Below, piece after piece: positions 1-12,075 of a DNA stretch of 64,000 nt (position 1 is the stretch's first letter; every line of letters begins with the position of its first letter). Source of the stretch: Raillietiella orientalis (lineage: Eukaryota); assembly GCA_036172245.1 (NCBI GenBank), contig JAYWIR010000054.1:310001-374000 (forward strand). The letters run 5' to 3'. Below the pieces are notes generated by a model, which searched no databases, was not told the origin of the DNA, and saw only the letters and a list, made by a program, of their open reading frames with translations. The translations under genes were made by a program, and so were the position numbers.

Positions 1-715
1 ACCCAAGCATAGGAACAGCATCACCTCATGCTCCCACCCCAGGGGGACCACCGAAGTGTCCGTGCACAAGGGAGGGACGGCGAGTTCTTCAGGGATCACA
101 CTAAAAAGGTCGCTCTAGGGAGACAGCTCGATGACGCGGAACCCCTAAGAGAACACTCGCCTTGGTTGTCTCCGAAGGGAACCTCCTCCCTGACCCTCTC
201 CGGAAGGACTCCCCAGGGATGACCTTCCATTATTTCTTCTCTGGAGGGCACCCGGAAGAAAACTGCTCCTCCTTTCCTCCTCATCTCAAGGGAACACCAA
301 AGGGACGCTTCCCAATTTCTCTGAAGAGCGCTAACCGAAGGGAGCAGCGCGTTTCTCCCCGACGCCGTGCCTGCTTTCCCAAACCGGCCCACTGGCAGCG
401 TTCATGGATCTGGCAGTCGTCACCGCAACCGGAGATCAAGGAGCTCCTTGATTCCCGGAGGGACCCTGCACCCCAATTCCGGCCGGTCAACGGGGGCATA
501 CGGTGGCTTCCGACTTCCACCGGTGCCGCACCTGAACAGGCCTACCAGCATCATCCTCTGGGGGAGGGAGTAGAAACCCACGATGCACCCCCATTTTCGG
601 CGTCGAACTTCCCCCCGAGAGGGATTCGAACCCGCGACTCTCTCGATGCAGCGAGCGGAGATCGTGTGTCTGTGTCGCGGTCTGACAGCTCACTCGCCTT
701 CAGGCCGCCCAGGAG
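1..715 (-). mobile_element. Family D SINE-like retroposon, most complete copy (tRNA-like head plus ~600-bp body)
   Basis: The body aligns by eye with 37685-38250, 45170-45725, 25100-25500 and 17966-18450 (shared blocks such as cccgaaggga, ttcccaatttctct and gtcgtgggtttc...gcaccggtggaag). Sense is assigned from the A-tailed copy at 45725. Confidence 0.6.
611..715 (-). ncRNA. tRNA-derived (Pol III) head with B-box; not an intact tRNA
   Basis: The minus strand reads gtcgcgGGTTCGAATCCctctc (B-box/T-loop at 622-632). The A-box is degenerate and I could not build a cloverleaf. Confidence 0.45.
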
Positions 716-944
716 TTCGGTCACTCCTACAGTGGCGCAGAAGAGCTCCCACTCCGCAAAGGTCGGCAACTTGATTGCTTGCCCTGAGGGCAGCTAGTGC
801 TGCGGCAATGGGATTCTAGTGACTTCCATCCCAGCGGCTGCCACAGGACATTCGGGTCATCGTGGTAGCAGTTGGCTGGGTGAACGAAAGCACCCACTGG
901 GGCGAGCACTGGTTCGTCCCAGTGGGTGCGAGTTTTTCACTCGG

Positions 945-1800
945 CCACGCAAGGGCGCTGCCTTTATAAAAAAATGAAGCAGTCGGGAACACTCTGGTTC
1001 CCAATCGAGGACAAAGGAAGTTCAAGGGGAGGGCCCACTGACTCACAGATCGAGATAAGGGAAAGTCCAGAACGGGGGAGGAGGGCAGGGACAACACACA
1101 CAAAAGAAATCCAGTGGGATGGGGTAGGGTCTTTGGGTTCCCTCCGTGTTCACTGGGATCAGGGCCAAACAAGAACACCGGGGAAGTTACGGGGCGAACG
1201 GGAATGGAGAATGAGGAAAAAGATAAGAAAATAAATAAAGGGAGGCAGGGGACAAGGGTCATCGATGTGTCGGTTCGTTTCTTGGACTCCTCAAGCCGGC
1301 GCTGGATGACGGCGATCTCCTCCTTCATTTATTCCTCCAGGTCCGCACCTGGAGGAATAAATGATCGTCTCGAACACGTCGCAGACCGCAGCTCGCGGAC
1401 GCAGCTCCATGGTTGCGATCGCCGCGCCCGTCGAGAGTCCTTCCGGCGCGAAGAACCGCCGCAGCTCACCTCGGGAGGTGTCCTCCTGCAGGTGTTTGAG
1501 CCTCCGCCATGGTTGCTGGAGGGCGCCGCAGTCCAAGAGAGCAGGTGCGCCGGCACCAACTCCGTGGATCTGACACGGTCCAGCGGTGCATCTCCCGCGG
1601 GAACGAGGGTGCCGGCGCTCGCTGCACCGGAACCCTCACTGGAGGAAGAGCAGCACGGCCTGTTCCCAGGAGAGAGAGAACGCAGAAGCGTCCAGACATT
1701 GGGGAGGGACCACAAGCTCCCCGGGGGGTAACACACAAAAGTTGACTACCCACTGAAGGAGTCCCGTCGCCAGAGTAGCGGAGGCAGTATCCTCCAGCTC
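945..1800 (-). mobile_element. Diverged L1/Tx1-like ORF2 3' end plus 3' UTR
   Basis: Frameshifted PAHLL/LDCGALQQPWRRL zinc-motif tail, pyrimidine-rich UTR, terminal hairpin gggaac-cagagt-gttccc, then tttttataaagg...gagtgaaaaa. Confidence 0.55.
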
Positions 1801-2859
1801 GCGCATCTTCCAGCTGCCGAGGAGTTTCGTCCTTGGAGGGGTGCAAGGGGTCGCTGGAACAAGGCGCGGTGCCTCAGAGTCTCCCCGAAAGGTTGACTTT
1901 CGGCGAAGCCGTGGACCTACCCTTGTTGGGGGGGGGCGTCCTTCCCTTTGTTCCTGGATCACTGTCCCCGGTCGTGGGGGCTGGGCCGCGAAGGGCGGGA
2001 AAAATTAATCCGCGTCCATCGGGGCCGCGAAATTCCGGTCGTGGGTTGCCTGGTGGCACGTGCAGAGTAAAAGTTCTGCCTCCCCTCCCCCTCTTCTTTC
2101 CTTCCCCCCCCCCCCCCCCAAATGAATCAGCCAAATGGAAAGCGGCGCTGCAGCCGAAAGATGCAAAGTAGGTTGGTCACAGTGAAAGCAGTGGAGTGTT
2201 TGAAGTTTCCGTTGACCCGTGCTGCCTTGGAGTGCTAGCAGTTTCCTCCCGAAGAGCAGACCGATGGGGAGGACGTGAGCAGCAGCAGAGGAGCAGACCG
2301 CGATTCTCAGCTATTTTCAAGGGACGGGGGCAAGTGGGCAGAATCGGTGTATTCGTTGGGAAGTTCAGGGAGCGGGAATCTTCCTCTGCCTCCGTCATTT
2401 TGAATTTCGAGTCGTTGAGGTGCGACATGAGGGACAGAGAGGCAGATGCTGCAGATGACCGCCCGCTCGATTCGGGCCGACACAGGGCGGTAATGCTGGA
2501 TGTTTTCAGAGCACCCAAGTGCAGGCACGAAGTGCATGGGTGACTCTGGCCGTTGCGCCCGCTGCTCTTGTAGCACCAGAGGAGCCAGCCGGCCCGAAAG
2601 TTGGACAACTTCCAGAGGAATCCCTGCACGCAACGGATTCAGTGGCTCCCCCCTCGACCACGAAATCCTCTGAACCCGGCAGGGGCATGAAATCTACCTC
2701 TTCCGTCCAGCAATCAGCTACCTTGGAGGGAATTCAGATCCCCAGGAAGGAAGCTGAGGTCACGTCCAATGGAGGGGCACTGAGGAACACCAGCGTTTCT
2801 TGCAGTCGAGCTTCTCGGCGCCAGTCAAAGAAACGGACGCGGAGGAAGCAGCGGAACTC

Positions 2860-3110
2860 TGGCATTCGGTGGCTCCTTCCGGCTCAGCTGCCCCGCGTTG
2901 CAAACTGAAAGACACCGTCCGCCCCCCCAAAGCGTGCGTTAGGTGTGGAAAGGCTCCAAGATTCGGAGTGCACCGTGGGCAACTGCCTCCGTTCAGGACC
3001 GAATCTCAGCAACGGTAAAAGAATAAGACTTCGTGAATGCACGGAGCACGTTTTTGTGTGTGTGTTTACGTGCCGGAAATGTGACGGGCTTGGTTCTTCC
3101 AGCATCCAGC
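2860..3110 (+). pseudogene. Decayed ORF1 triple zinc-knuckle region of a non-LTR element
   Basis: Across frames: CVRCGK / DSECTVGNCLRSG / LRECTE...TCRKCDGLG, with spacing similar to the intact ORF1 knuckles at 48430-48600. Confidence 0.45.
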
Positions 3111-3169
3111 TGCTCCGCCGTGCTCGGGAAACTGCTCCATCGCGGTGGAAATAATTTCAAGGATTTCTT

Positions 3170-3515
3170 CAGCGTCGATTCCATGCATACATACATGAAA
3201 TCTTCAGAAATGATGCATATCCGTACACATATATGTCCATCAAATGCACGCAAGATACATGAAATACATATATGAATATACATATATACCCATCATATAT
3301 AAGCATGTGATAGAAATACCTATACATATCATTTATGACGATTTTATATACGTATATATAATGTGCATCCATCGCGTATATATATATATATATATATTTC
3401 ATGAAGCGCGCGTGCATTTGATGGACATACATGTGGATGTATATCATCTGTGACGATTTCGTATATACGTACATGTGATGCCTATGTGCATATACATCAT
3501 ACATATACGTACACT
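3170..3515. repeat. AT/ATAC-rich low-complexity block
   Basis: (TA)n at about 3377-3396 and many catatatac variants. Confidence 0.8.
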
Positions 3516-4494
3516 TTTGGGGGCATTGGATCGAGGAAAAGTCGGAGAAGCAACGATGAAGTTCCGTGGTGATTATCTAAAAAATTACTTGCCCAATGTC
3601 ATCAAAGGGTTCATTGGAATGGGGAAACCAAAAAAAAAGATGAGAGCGCAGTTGATTTCCACGGATCGCCCCAGGACTGTCATGACGTCGGACGCGACGA
3701 CAAGTCGGGAATCAGCAAAACAGAAAGCACCGATGGGAGCGGAGTCACTCCCGAAAACACGCTGCTGCCCGTTGCTGCGCCTGCCTCGTGCCCCGCAGGT
3801 CTTCCAGAAAAAAGCCTGAATCCTCTTCGAGTCGCAAAGTGAGTCACCCGGTCTTCCGGAGGCGGCTGCCATGCAACCGGGGTGACGCACGTGGAAGGAA
3901 GCCGACGCACGGGACGACAACGGAGTTCCACGGAGGCGAAAATGGAAGCAAGTTTTTCCCACGGAGGAAAACCTTCATTCTATTTCAGTTTATTTTACCT
4001 TACCTCATTCCGTTTATATATTTTTTTTTTACGCGCACGTGCGAATCGCGGGGCGGAGGTCAGGCGCTCCGCAGAACAGCACGAGACACTCAGAGAGGCG
4101 CGGCAGCTCCAAACCTCTATCGGCGCTCCATGTATCAGACTCGGCAGCCCGAGAGGCCGGATGGAATGCAGCGTGGGGCCGCTCAGCCGTGAAGGATGCC
4201 CGAGACCTGGCTGGAATCACGCCCGAATGAGGACGGGATCTCGAATACAAGTCGGGAAACTTCAGGGAATCGAACAGGAGGCGAGGGAGAGTGAGCGCCC
4301 CACCCGTCTGCTGGTCGCCACACCTCATCCGGCACCTCCCACGCCTCGAGACAATCCTTCCGCTACAGCGGGAGTGCGGAAAAAGTGTTCGGGTGGCGCG
4401 AGAGCGCGTGCTCGCGCCCAAGGGAAACCGCAGTGGGCGGTGTCCCCAAGCGTCTCTGAGGCCAAACTAGCTTCTCCGCTCGGATGTGGCACTG

Positions 4495-5160
4495 CTCCAA
4501 AGAAGAAGACTGGTCACCCCCCCCTGGACGTCGACTGCCTCTTCGAGAGCACTCCTGGAGCCTTCAGAGCTGTTCGAGAAAGACAAGAGGTCAAATGCAA
4601 ACACCTCCGTCCCACCATGTCGACGAAGGATGACCAGCAGACCGTCAGAACCCCGAAATTGCACTCTCTGTGGTTCTGGAATCCACGGAATGGAGAGCAT
4701 GCGACAACTGGGGGTCCCTAGGATGCACTTCAGCACGAGTCAGCTCGTGATTGCCCCGAACATCCAGTTTGGCCGCGCAACCTGTGGGACCCATAGGTTG
4801 CGACCTTGCCCAGGAGATTAACTCCCAGGAACTGGCACCGACCAATCGGCTACTGACTGAAGATTCTTAGAATTGATTCCATAACTTCGTGAGGGCAAAA
4901 CAAGGGCGTGGAAAGGGCAAAAAAGATGGACGGAGCAAGGACATGGACAAGGAAAGGATATGAATAGGACAAAGAGATGGACATGGCAAGGAAACGGACA
5001 AGGAAGTGACATGGACAGAAGATGGATAGAACAAGAACATTGACAAGGAGGACGATGGAGAGAACAAGGACAGGGATAAGACACGAAGATGGAAACGGCA
5101 TGATGATGAAGAGTATGTGTGGATGGAGACGACTGTAAAGTTCTTGGTCCCTTTTTTCCT
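4495..5160 (+). mobile_element. Family E repeat, copy 1, containing an expanded GGACA(T/A)GGACAA-type tandem at ~4900-5100
   Basis: Colinear with 41770-42230 (gaagaag..tggtca, ttcgagagca.tcct, cga.gaaggatg.ccag, aacatccagtttggccgcg, aactgg.accgacc). Confidence 0.65.
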
Positions 5161-5367
5161 ACGTGACCTTTTCTCAATCAACAAACAGAGCCGGCTCGCA
5201 CCCGAGTTCTTGAAACTTCCTAAAAAAAAAAAAAACAGGATGAAGTCCGGCAGAGAGGCGACTCTTCCCGAAGTGCAGCGTGGATAAAGGCGGAGTATCT
5301 GGGAGATGGACGGAGTTCCTGTTTTTGTCTTCTTGGGAACTGCCTCACAGCAGTAACCAGAAGCCTT

Positions 5368-5407
5368 TTGGCTTCTCGGTCTTTTGGCTAAGATCAAAGT
5401 GTAGATC
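5368..5407 (+). pseudogene. U2: U2 snRNA 5' fragment (about nt 4-37)
   Basis: gcttctcggtcttttggctaagatcaaagtgtag matches the U2 5' end (ATCGCTTCTCGGCCTTTTGGCTAAGATCAAAGTGTAG) with one mismatch. It is flanked by the direct repeat aagcct at 5361-5366 and 5409-5414. Confidence 0.9.
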
Positions 5408-6789
5408 AAAGCCTGGCGTATTGAAGAGAGGGTCCATGCATTTCAGCAAACCGATCATCCGGTCCGAGGTCAGCAGCCTAGAGGTACGGAGGAAAGCCTG
5501 TCCCATTGTCAGGCATCAGACCTAAGGAGACCTTCTTCGTAGTGAGCTCCCGCGGACTGAAGAGGACCTCCTGCACAGCTTGGTGCTTTGCTTGAGCTAA
5601 GGTCACCAATGCAGTCATTGCCGGCGTCGCAGGACGAGAAAGCAGGGCTGTCGAATAGGTCTTAGCCCCCCGGCGAGATGGGGATCCCCCCATAGGTGAC
5701 GGCGGCGCACGGCTCGGAGAAGCCTTCGAGGCAACACGTGTGGAGGCTACCCGGTACGTCACGAGCTCCTTTGACCGCTGGCTCGCTCGCGATCATGCGC
5801 TGCTGCACCTGTGGAGCAGCAATGGGGACGGATAATGACCACCTCCCAGCATCCGATTTGCGACGAGAGCAGCACCATGAAGAGTCCGCCGCCCCCATCG
5901 CAGATAGGTCGCGAAGGCGAGGGACAACAACCAGTCCTTGACCCTTTCCTCTCCTCTCCACTCCGTTCCCGATTCCGGCTCCGGGAGCCCTTCCGAAAGC
6001 CGTTTTCCTGTTGGTCTTCGAGGTCAGGGGTGAAGAATATCGGAGTCTAGGGAAAGGTCGCGCTTTCCGTTCCACCCCACGTGATCCCTGGTAACATGAG
6101 AGCGACAAGGCAGTCTTGCGCCAGCAGTGAGAGATTTAAGAGAAGGGGAAGGAGGGACTTACCCGGTTGCCGCTGGAGGAGGAGGAACAAGAGATGAGTC
6201 GGAAACCTCCAGGGCCGGGCGCACGGGAGACTGACTTGGGAGACGTCCCGTGGAGATCTGGACCAGGGGATACGCGCACTGCAGGCAGGAGGCAAGGAGA
6301 ACTGAGCGAGGAGATCACGAACTCGCTTGCCACTACCCCGCGCGGCGGTTTCCCCGTCCACGCGTGGCCTCACCTGCGGAGGCCAGCGAGGATCACGCCC
6401 TTCCACCCATCGGGAGACGAACGGAACAGAAGCCTCCACGTGCCGTCCCCATGGAGACGGTTCGGATCCCTTTCCAGAAACGACCGGGAAAGGCGGAAGA
6501 GCTCCAAAAGCGGGTCGCCCTGCAGCGTAGCCACGGGACAGTCCCTGCAAGCGGGAGCCGAGAACTTGGCAGCGGAAGGAGGGAGCGGACATCCCACCAT
6601 CCGATCGGAAAGGGGGGGAGGAGGGAGCGGTTCTTGACGGCAGCTGGGTGGCGGGTATCTCAAGACTGCCAGGGCTTCCAACAGCCCCTAGAACTCCCAT
6701 TCTGGGAAACCGAAGAGGGTCTTCCTGTGGGCACTCGAAGGCAGACGAGGGAGAGAAAAAACCGAAGTGAAGGCGTGGACGCTCGTCGA

Positions 6790-7100
6790 GCGTGCAGGAT
6801 GACCTGCCGGCTCTCTTAGGGAGGGGTCACCGATCCCATGGCTCAATGGAGGACGTATCGGCCGCTTGTCTGTTGGCTGCGCTCTGCTACCACGTGCGCG
6901 CAACGGCGGTAGCGCCATCTCCTGCACGCGGGGGGCGTCGGAGCGGTCCGAACCGGGACGCGAGGTACGAGGGAGCAGATCGTGGGCAGGCTGTCTCGGG
7001 CGCAGTTGGCCTATTCTCCTTCCTCCACGCTGCCCTCCCGCTGCTTCGTACCCGAATGGCGAGGGTGCCCCATCCTCTGGGCACGGGCATTTCGTTGATT
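6790..7100 (+). mobile_element. L1/Tx1-like ORF2 C-terminal fragment, subfamily B
   Basis: LAALCYHVRATAVA..PARGGRRSG; homologous to 8850-9160 on the opposite strand and to the ALCxLRG.V.AW block of the other copies. Confidence 0.55.
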
Positions 7101-8849
7101 CGTTTTTCAAAGGAAGAACCCGGCCGGAATCGAAGTCGGACAGCCAGCGAGGCAAGCTGTGGACGAGCGCGCAAGGTGTCGGAAAGTACTCGGGCGCACG
7201 CGATTGCGGGAGATGTCCGCCGCCAGCGATCGCAAACTACTCCGGGGAGAAGAGACCTGACAACTTTGCTCCCTCGCAGTGGCGGCCTGCGTCACGCTCA
7301 GGAGCTAGGGAGGGCAGAGTCGGGAAGCGACGCCGAGGATGATGATGATGAGGAGGAGGTATGGCCCGCGGTCGGCGGTCAACCTGGGGGCCGCTGCGGC
7401 TGCTGCTGGCGCTGGCTGGAAAAGCTAGGAGTGCCCTTTCGGGAGAGGAGAGATCGCGGCGCCTGCACTCTTGCCGTCCTGTCCGCACGGCCTCCTCCGT
7501 GACTGCCGGCGAAGATCGAACGGAGCCTCCAAGACCTCAGGGGAATCCTGCGCTATGAGCGCCGCGTTTTTATGTTAATGCGTTTTTAATGGAGCGTCGC
7601 GGGGGCAACCGAATATTATTAAGGAGGATGAGTAACGAGTCCCGTGGATCACAGTCCGTGCCGGCGCCCGTCTCCGCTTTCGGAATGGCGCCGCTCGGAG
7701 AGGAGCATGCGCAGCGGAAGATTCCGCGAAAACCCGCGCGGAGCGCCGTCCTCGGTCCTCGGTTTCCCTCGTGTTTTTGAAGGGAGGGGGAAGTGGGGGA
7801 GAGATGGGGGCCCTGATTTTCTTTGTTTTTTTTTTTTCGCCTCGCGCGCGTGCGCGCGGGAGAAAAGAGCTGGTGATCTTCCTCAACGCTTCTGCAGAAG
7901 AAGGAAACGGTCGCTACGCGCGTGGCGGCTCGCCGATGCCATGACAACCGTGACGTGAGATTCCATTGTTTCGAACAGAACACGGGGCACAGGACGGGGG
8001 AGGGAGGGCACAGCTTTCGTCCGCGCTGCCCGCGAGAACGCACGCGTGCAAAACACGTGGTGGTCACACGCGTGTCTAATCGCTCGCGGAGCGGGCGCAC
8101 GCTCCCTCCCGCCGAAACATCCCCTCCATCCCTGCCCTCCACGCATGCCCGGGCATTTTTCTTTTCTCGCGGGAGCACGGGGTCGGGAAATTCGAGGGTT
8201 CGGCGAGAGAGGAAGTGGGAGAGGCCGTAGGGAGTGAGTTCCGGGGATCTCTGGGGGGAGGTAGGGAGGGAGGAAGGGCAAGCCCGCTCTCGGATCGGAT
8301 CGGCCTGGAGTTTCCTATGCTCGTGGAGGGAACGCATTTGCTTTCCAAGGGGATGCCGTAATCAAACGGCGAACCGATCGCGCCCATTAGTCTTTTTATT
8401 ACTGGCTTTAGAGGTTTATTTCCCATGCAAGCGCCCTGTGATTATGATGTCTGCTGGGAAAGAACATCGTGAGTTCCACGGCTATTTTTGGATGTTGCAG
8501 CATAGACCGCTGCTCGCAGATGGCAATCCAGATACCGAAGCATCCCCATTTATCTTCTCACACCAACGCGCCCATTAAAGAAGTGGGAAACTCGAATCTC
8601 AGATTGAAAAAAACGATATGAATGATTTCTGTTTTTCTTCGGTTCGGTCAGCATCGGTAGAGATGCCGAAAAAGGGAAGCCGCGGTTCAGGGATGCGGTC
8701 TGCAGCAAATCGAACCGGCCGCCGTCCAGAAACTAGCCGGACGAACGGAGCAGTGCGGAATGAGAAGGAACCCACGGAAGGACGCACGCCTTGGATCAAG
8801 AGAGGGACTCGGCAGGAGAGGAGGAAGAGGGGGAGGGACGCAGACGCAT

Positions 8850-9160
8850 GTGGGAACCTGACCCACCCCTTGAAGGGTGTGCCTCACGGCGTACTGAACG
8901 CGATTCCAGGAAGCAGCGGGGGGAAGCAGGGGGTGGGGGAGGGGAATAGGCCCACTTGGATCGGGCCAACCATCTGCTCCCTCGTGCCTCGCGTCCCCGT
9001 CTTGACCGCTTCGACGCCCTCCGCGAGCAGGCGAGCGGCTGCCACCGCCGTTTCGCACGCACGTGGCAGCAGAGGGCAGTCACCAGCCACCCGGCGATCC
9101 CGTTCCCAGGCGTCCAGGAAAGCCTTCGAGTCTTCGAAGCAGGGAGCTCGCTGCTAGGAC
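8850..9160 (-). mobile_element. L1/Tx1-like ORF2 C-terminal fragment, subfamily B (inverted relative to 6790-7100)
   Basis: VTALCCHVRA / SPARGGRRSGQDGDARHEGAD. Confidence 0.55.
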
Positions 9161-9849
9161 CCCACTCGGAAGGAGGGAGGCAAAAGAAGGCTTCCACGCC
9201 TCCGCCGACGCGGTCCGCTTCGAACCAAGGACGAGCTGCTGGAAGCTCCGTCTCTCGTAGAACACACCGTCGAGGAGACGGGCAGCAGCACGTAACCATG
9301 GCCACCGTACTCGCAGAAGCGCCTTTGTCGTTATAAATAACCGTGCTTATAAATAACCCTGTCGGTGTAAGTAGCCCCGAAGCTATAAATAACCCATCAC
9401 TTGTAAACAACAACAATGGAAGTCTGTTGCTATTTTCGGCCACCGAAATAGGAAATAAATAAAGAACGGCGCAGCAAATAGGGGAGCGTTTCTCCGTTTG
9501 AAAAAAAAAAAAAAATCCTCTGACTTCTTTGTCTGGGTTCCGTGGAGACCCATTCCGTCCGACAAAGACAAGGCCGGGCGCAGACACCCCGGGCGAGTGG
9601 TCCGTGTGTTTTCCGAGGGAGGGAGTTTGCTTTTTCAGCACGCTGCCATTGTTCGGGCACAACAGGAGAACAAAAACATGGCTCTAAACTCGAATCCTGG
9701 TTGTTTCCCAGCTCCTCATTGCTCTTAATTAAAAGGTTCCATTTGCATACGGATGGTCCGAGTAATTCATCGCGGACGGAGCAAAAAATGGGACGTCATG
9801 ATTGGAAGGAGGGGACCCGGCAAGAGCGCCTGGCGACGCCTCGCGATTG

Positions 9850-11220
9850 CCGCTCGCGAACGGCAAACGCTAAGATCATCGTGAGCTTGCAATCATGGAG
9901 ACGCTCGCTGATTGCGAGCTCCGATCGTGGATGGCTCCTCTTGCGTGGGCATCACGGAAAGCGAAATGGAAGTCTGACAGGTGCCGAGGCGGACGCACGC
10001 GCTCGGAACGGAGGGCTCGGGTGCACAGGAGGAATGACTCCCAGGGAGGCAGGGGAGCACGTTCGGGCAAGCACCGTGGGTCGACTCCTTCCAAGGTCAC
10101 CGCGAGCTCCACCGAAAGAGAAGCCGTCGGGAAAAGAAATCGTCCGTGGATTTCGCGCGCTACCTCTCTGCCGCCGCCGCCTTGTTTGCATCGGTCTCTT
10201 GGATGAGCCCTACGCAACGGTAATTTCGTGGGGCACCAGCGTCCACGGTCTCGAAACCCTTCAGGTGTGCGTGCGGTCCACCTCCGGGGTGCTCACCCGG
10301 GCACGTCGCGAGCAGCAGCACACGGAAGGAAGAGGATGGTGTTTTTGCAGGCGTTCCGATCAGACCCGTTCACAGACGCAGCCACCCGACCCGAAGGACT
10401 GCGTCGCCGAAAAGAGCTATCGGAAATTTCTGGAAAACATTCTCCGCAGGAGATACGGTGGCCTCCAGCATGTTGGAACAGTGCCGCCCTCCCCCTAAAG
10501 TGGCAGGAGTCGGAGATCCTTCTGTTGCACTGGGGCATCCCGTGCAACAGAAGGATCTCCGCTGACACTACGAGACCCGGGGGAGGAGGTGAGCCCCAAC
10601 TGCAGCAGATGAGGCGAAAGAGAGTCCCTTGCGCACCTGCTCACGAACTGTGTGGCCCTGCACCCCCTGTGGGGGAGGCCACACAGTCCATGAGCAGCCC
10701 ACTCCACTTTGCCGCGTCCCTGCGGATCCCCGAGGGCAACCCCAGAGACGTTCTGAAGTGCGCGACGCCCTCACGCCGGCCGCATCCCCAGCAGCATTGT
10801 GCAGTCCATGCGCGATCGTGGCTGCATGGAGCAACGCCAGAGGAGGCCACGGCGACAGGGACGCATCCATTTTGGCGTCCCCTTCATGAGAACAGCCAGA
10901 AGATGGCCCCGTCTGGGCATCCTGAGGAAGGAACTTTCCGGCATCCTTTCAGGGATGCAGAGGACGCCCTTCAGCACCCGCTGGGCCCTTTCAGAATCCT
11001 CCCAATTTTTGTCGTATATATATATGTATATATTTTTGTTTGATTTTTCTCTTTTGTTTGTCCCCTTCCCTCTGCTGCCGCAGTGAACCTCGCCAGCCTG
11101 CGGGTGCCGGTTCTCTGCAGGTTCCCATGGTTATATCTGTAACGTGGCAGGACCAAGAGTCCTACCACTGACTTGTATTTTATTTTTTAAAAAATAAACG
11201 CCCCGACACAATTGGGTCTC
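9850..11220 (+). mobile_element. 5'-truncated L1/Tx1-like element (post-RT region to 3' end)
   Basis: KIIVSLQSWRRSL and RNGGLG motifs, LPLKWQESEILLLHWGIPCNRR, RWPRLGILRKELSGILSGMQRTP, UTR hairpin and aataaacgcccc. Confidence 0.8.
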
Positions 11221-12075
11221 AGACCGGGCTCGTTTCCAGTCACTAAACAGCTCGGCTGATGGCCAGCGTCAAAGGTGTCTCTGTTGACTCGTCTGGTTGC
11301 TTGAATGGCGCGCGCACCACTTACCTCGACCAAACAAGAAAAAAAAAACGAAGAGGTTCCAGAAGCAGCATGGCCACCGGTCAGGAAGGAGACCATCTCA
11401 AAGTCTCGGCTACCTCGCAAACAGCCGGAACTTTGCGAGGCGCTGCCCCCGGTCGCAGCGGAGGTCGGCGGCAGGCGACGACGCGGCCAAACGATCTCAC
11501 TCCCGCTCCTTCCACCTGTGACCTCGGAAGAGACGACGCATTCTGAGTTGCGGAGACCGCAACTTTCCCTGCCTGCGCGTTCCCTGGCGGGGAGGAACGA
11601 CCCAGATTACCCCCGAGAGGGGGGAGCAAACGGCGCGATCCCCAGGCAGCAGCTGCTTCCACGCCCATGCCCCGAGCAGGAGACCGGCTCCCTTCCCGGC
11701 CCAGTCGCTCGGGCTCCCGGATTCTCGCCCGCTCACCTCCGCCGCAGCTTCGCGAGTGACCTCTCCCAGCAAAGGAGCGACGTGAAGGAATGCAGTGAAG
11801 AGGGAACGCCAAAGCGCTCTCTCCTCCTTTGTTCCGCTTCTCCGCATCGTCTCCGACCATGATGGGTCGACAGCCATCAGAGCATCCGGATGATGCAGCA
11901 TCATCCGGGAGCTTTTCGAAATGCCGCATTCCGTGCTTTCTCTCCCTTCTGGGATAACGTGAATAGTTCTCTCAAAAATGCCCACTCTCCCCTCCATTCG
12001 ACAACCCCATTCCCCCTGCACAGCCGTCTGGTCTCGTGGCTGCCTCACGCTCCGGCAGCATCGCAGGAGGCGATC

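Noticed and set aside
4900..5100. Repeated short motifs as a possible CRISPR array
   Set aside because: A degenerate tandem without unique spacers or cas genes, in a eukaryotic context.
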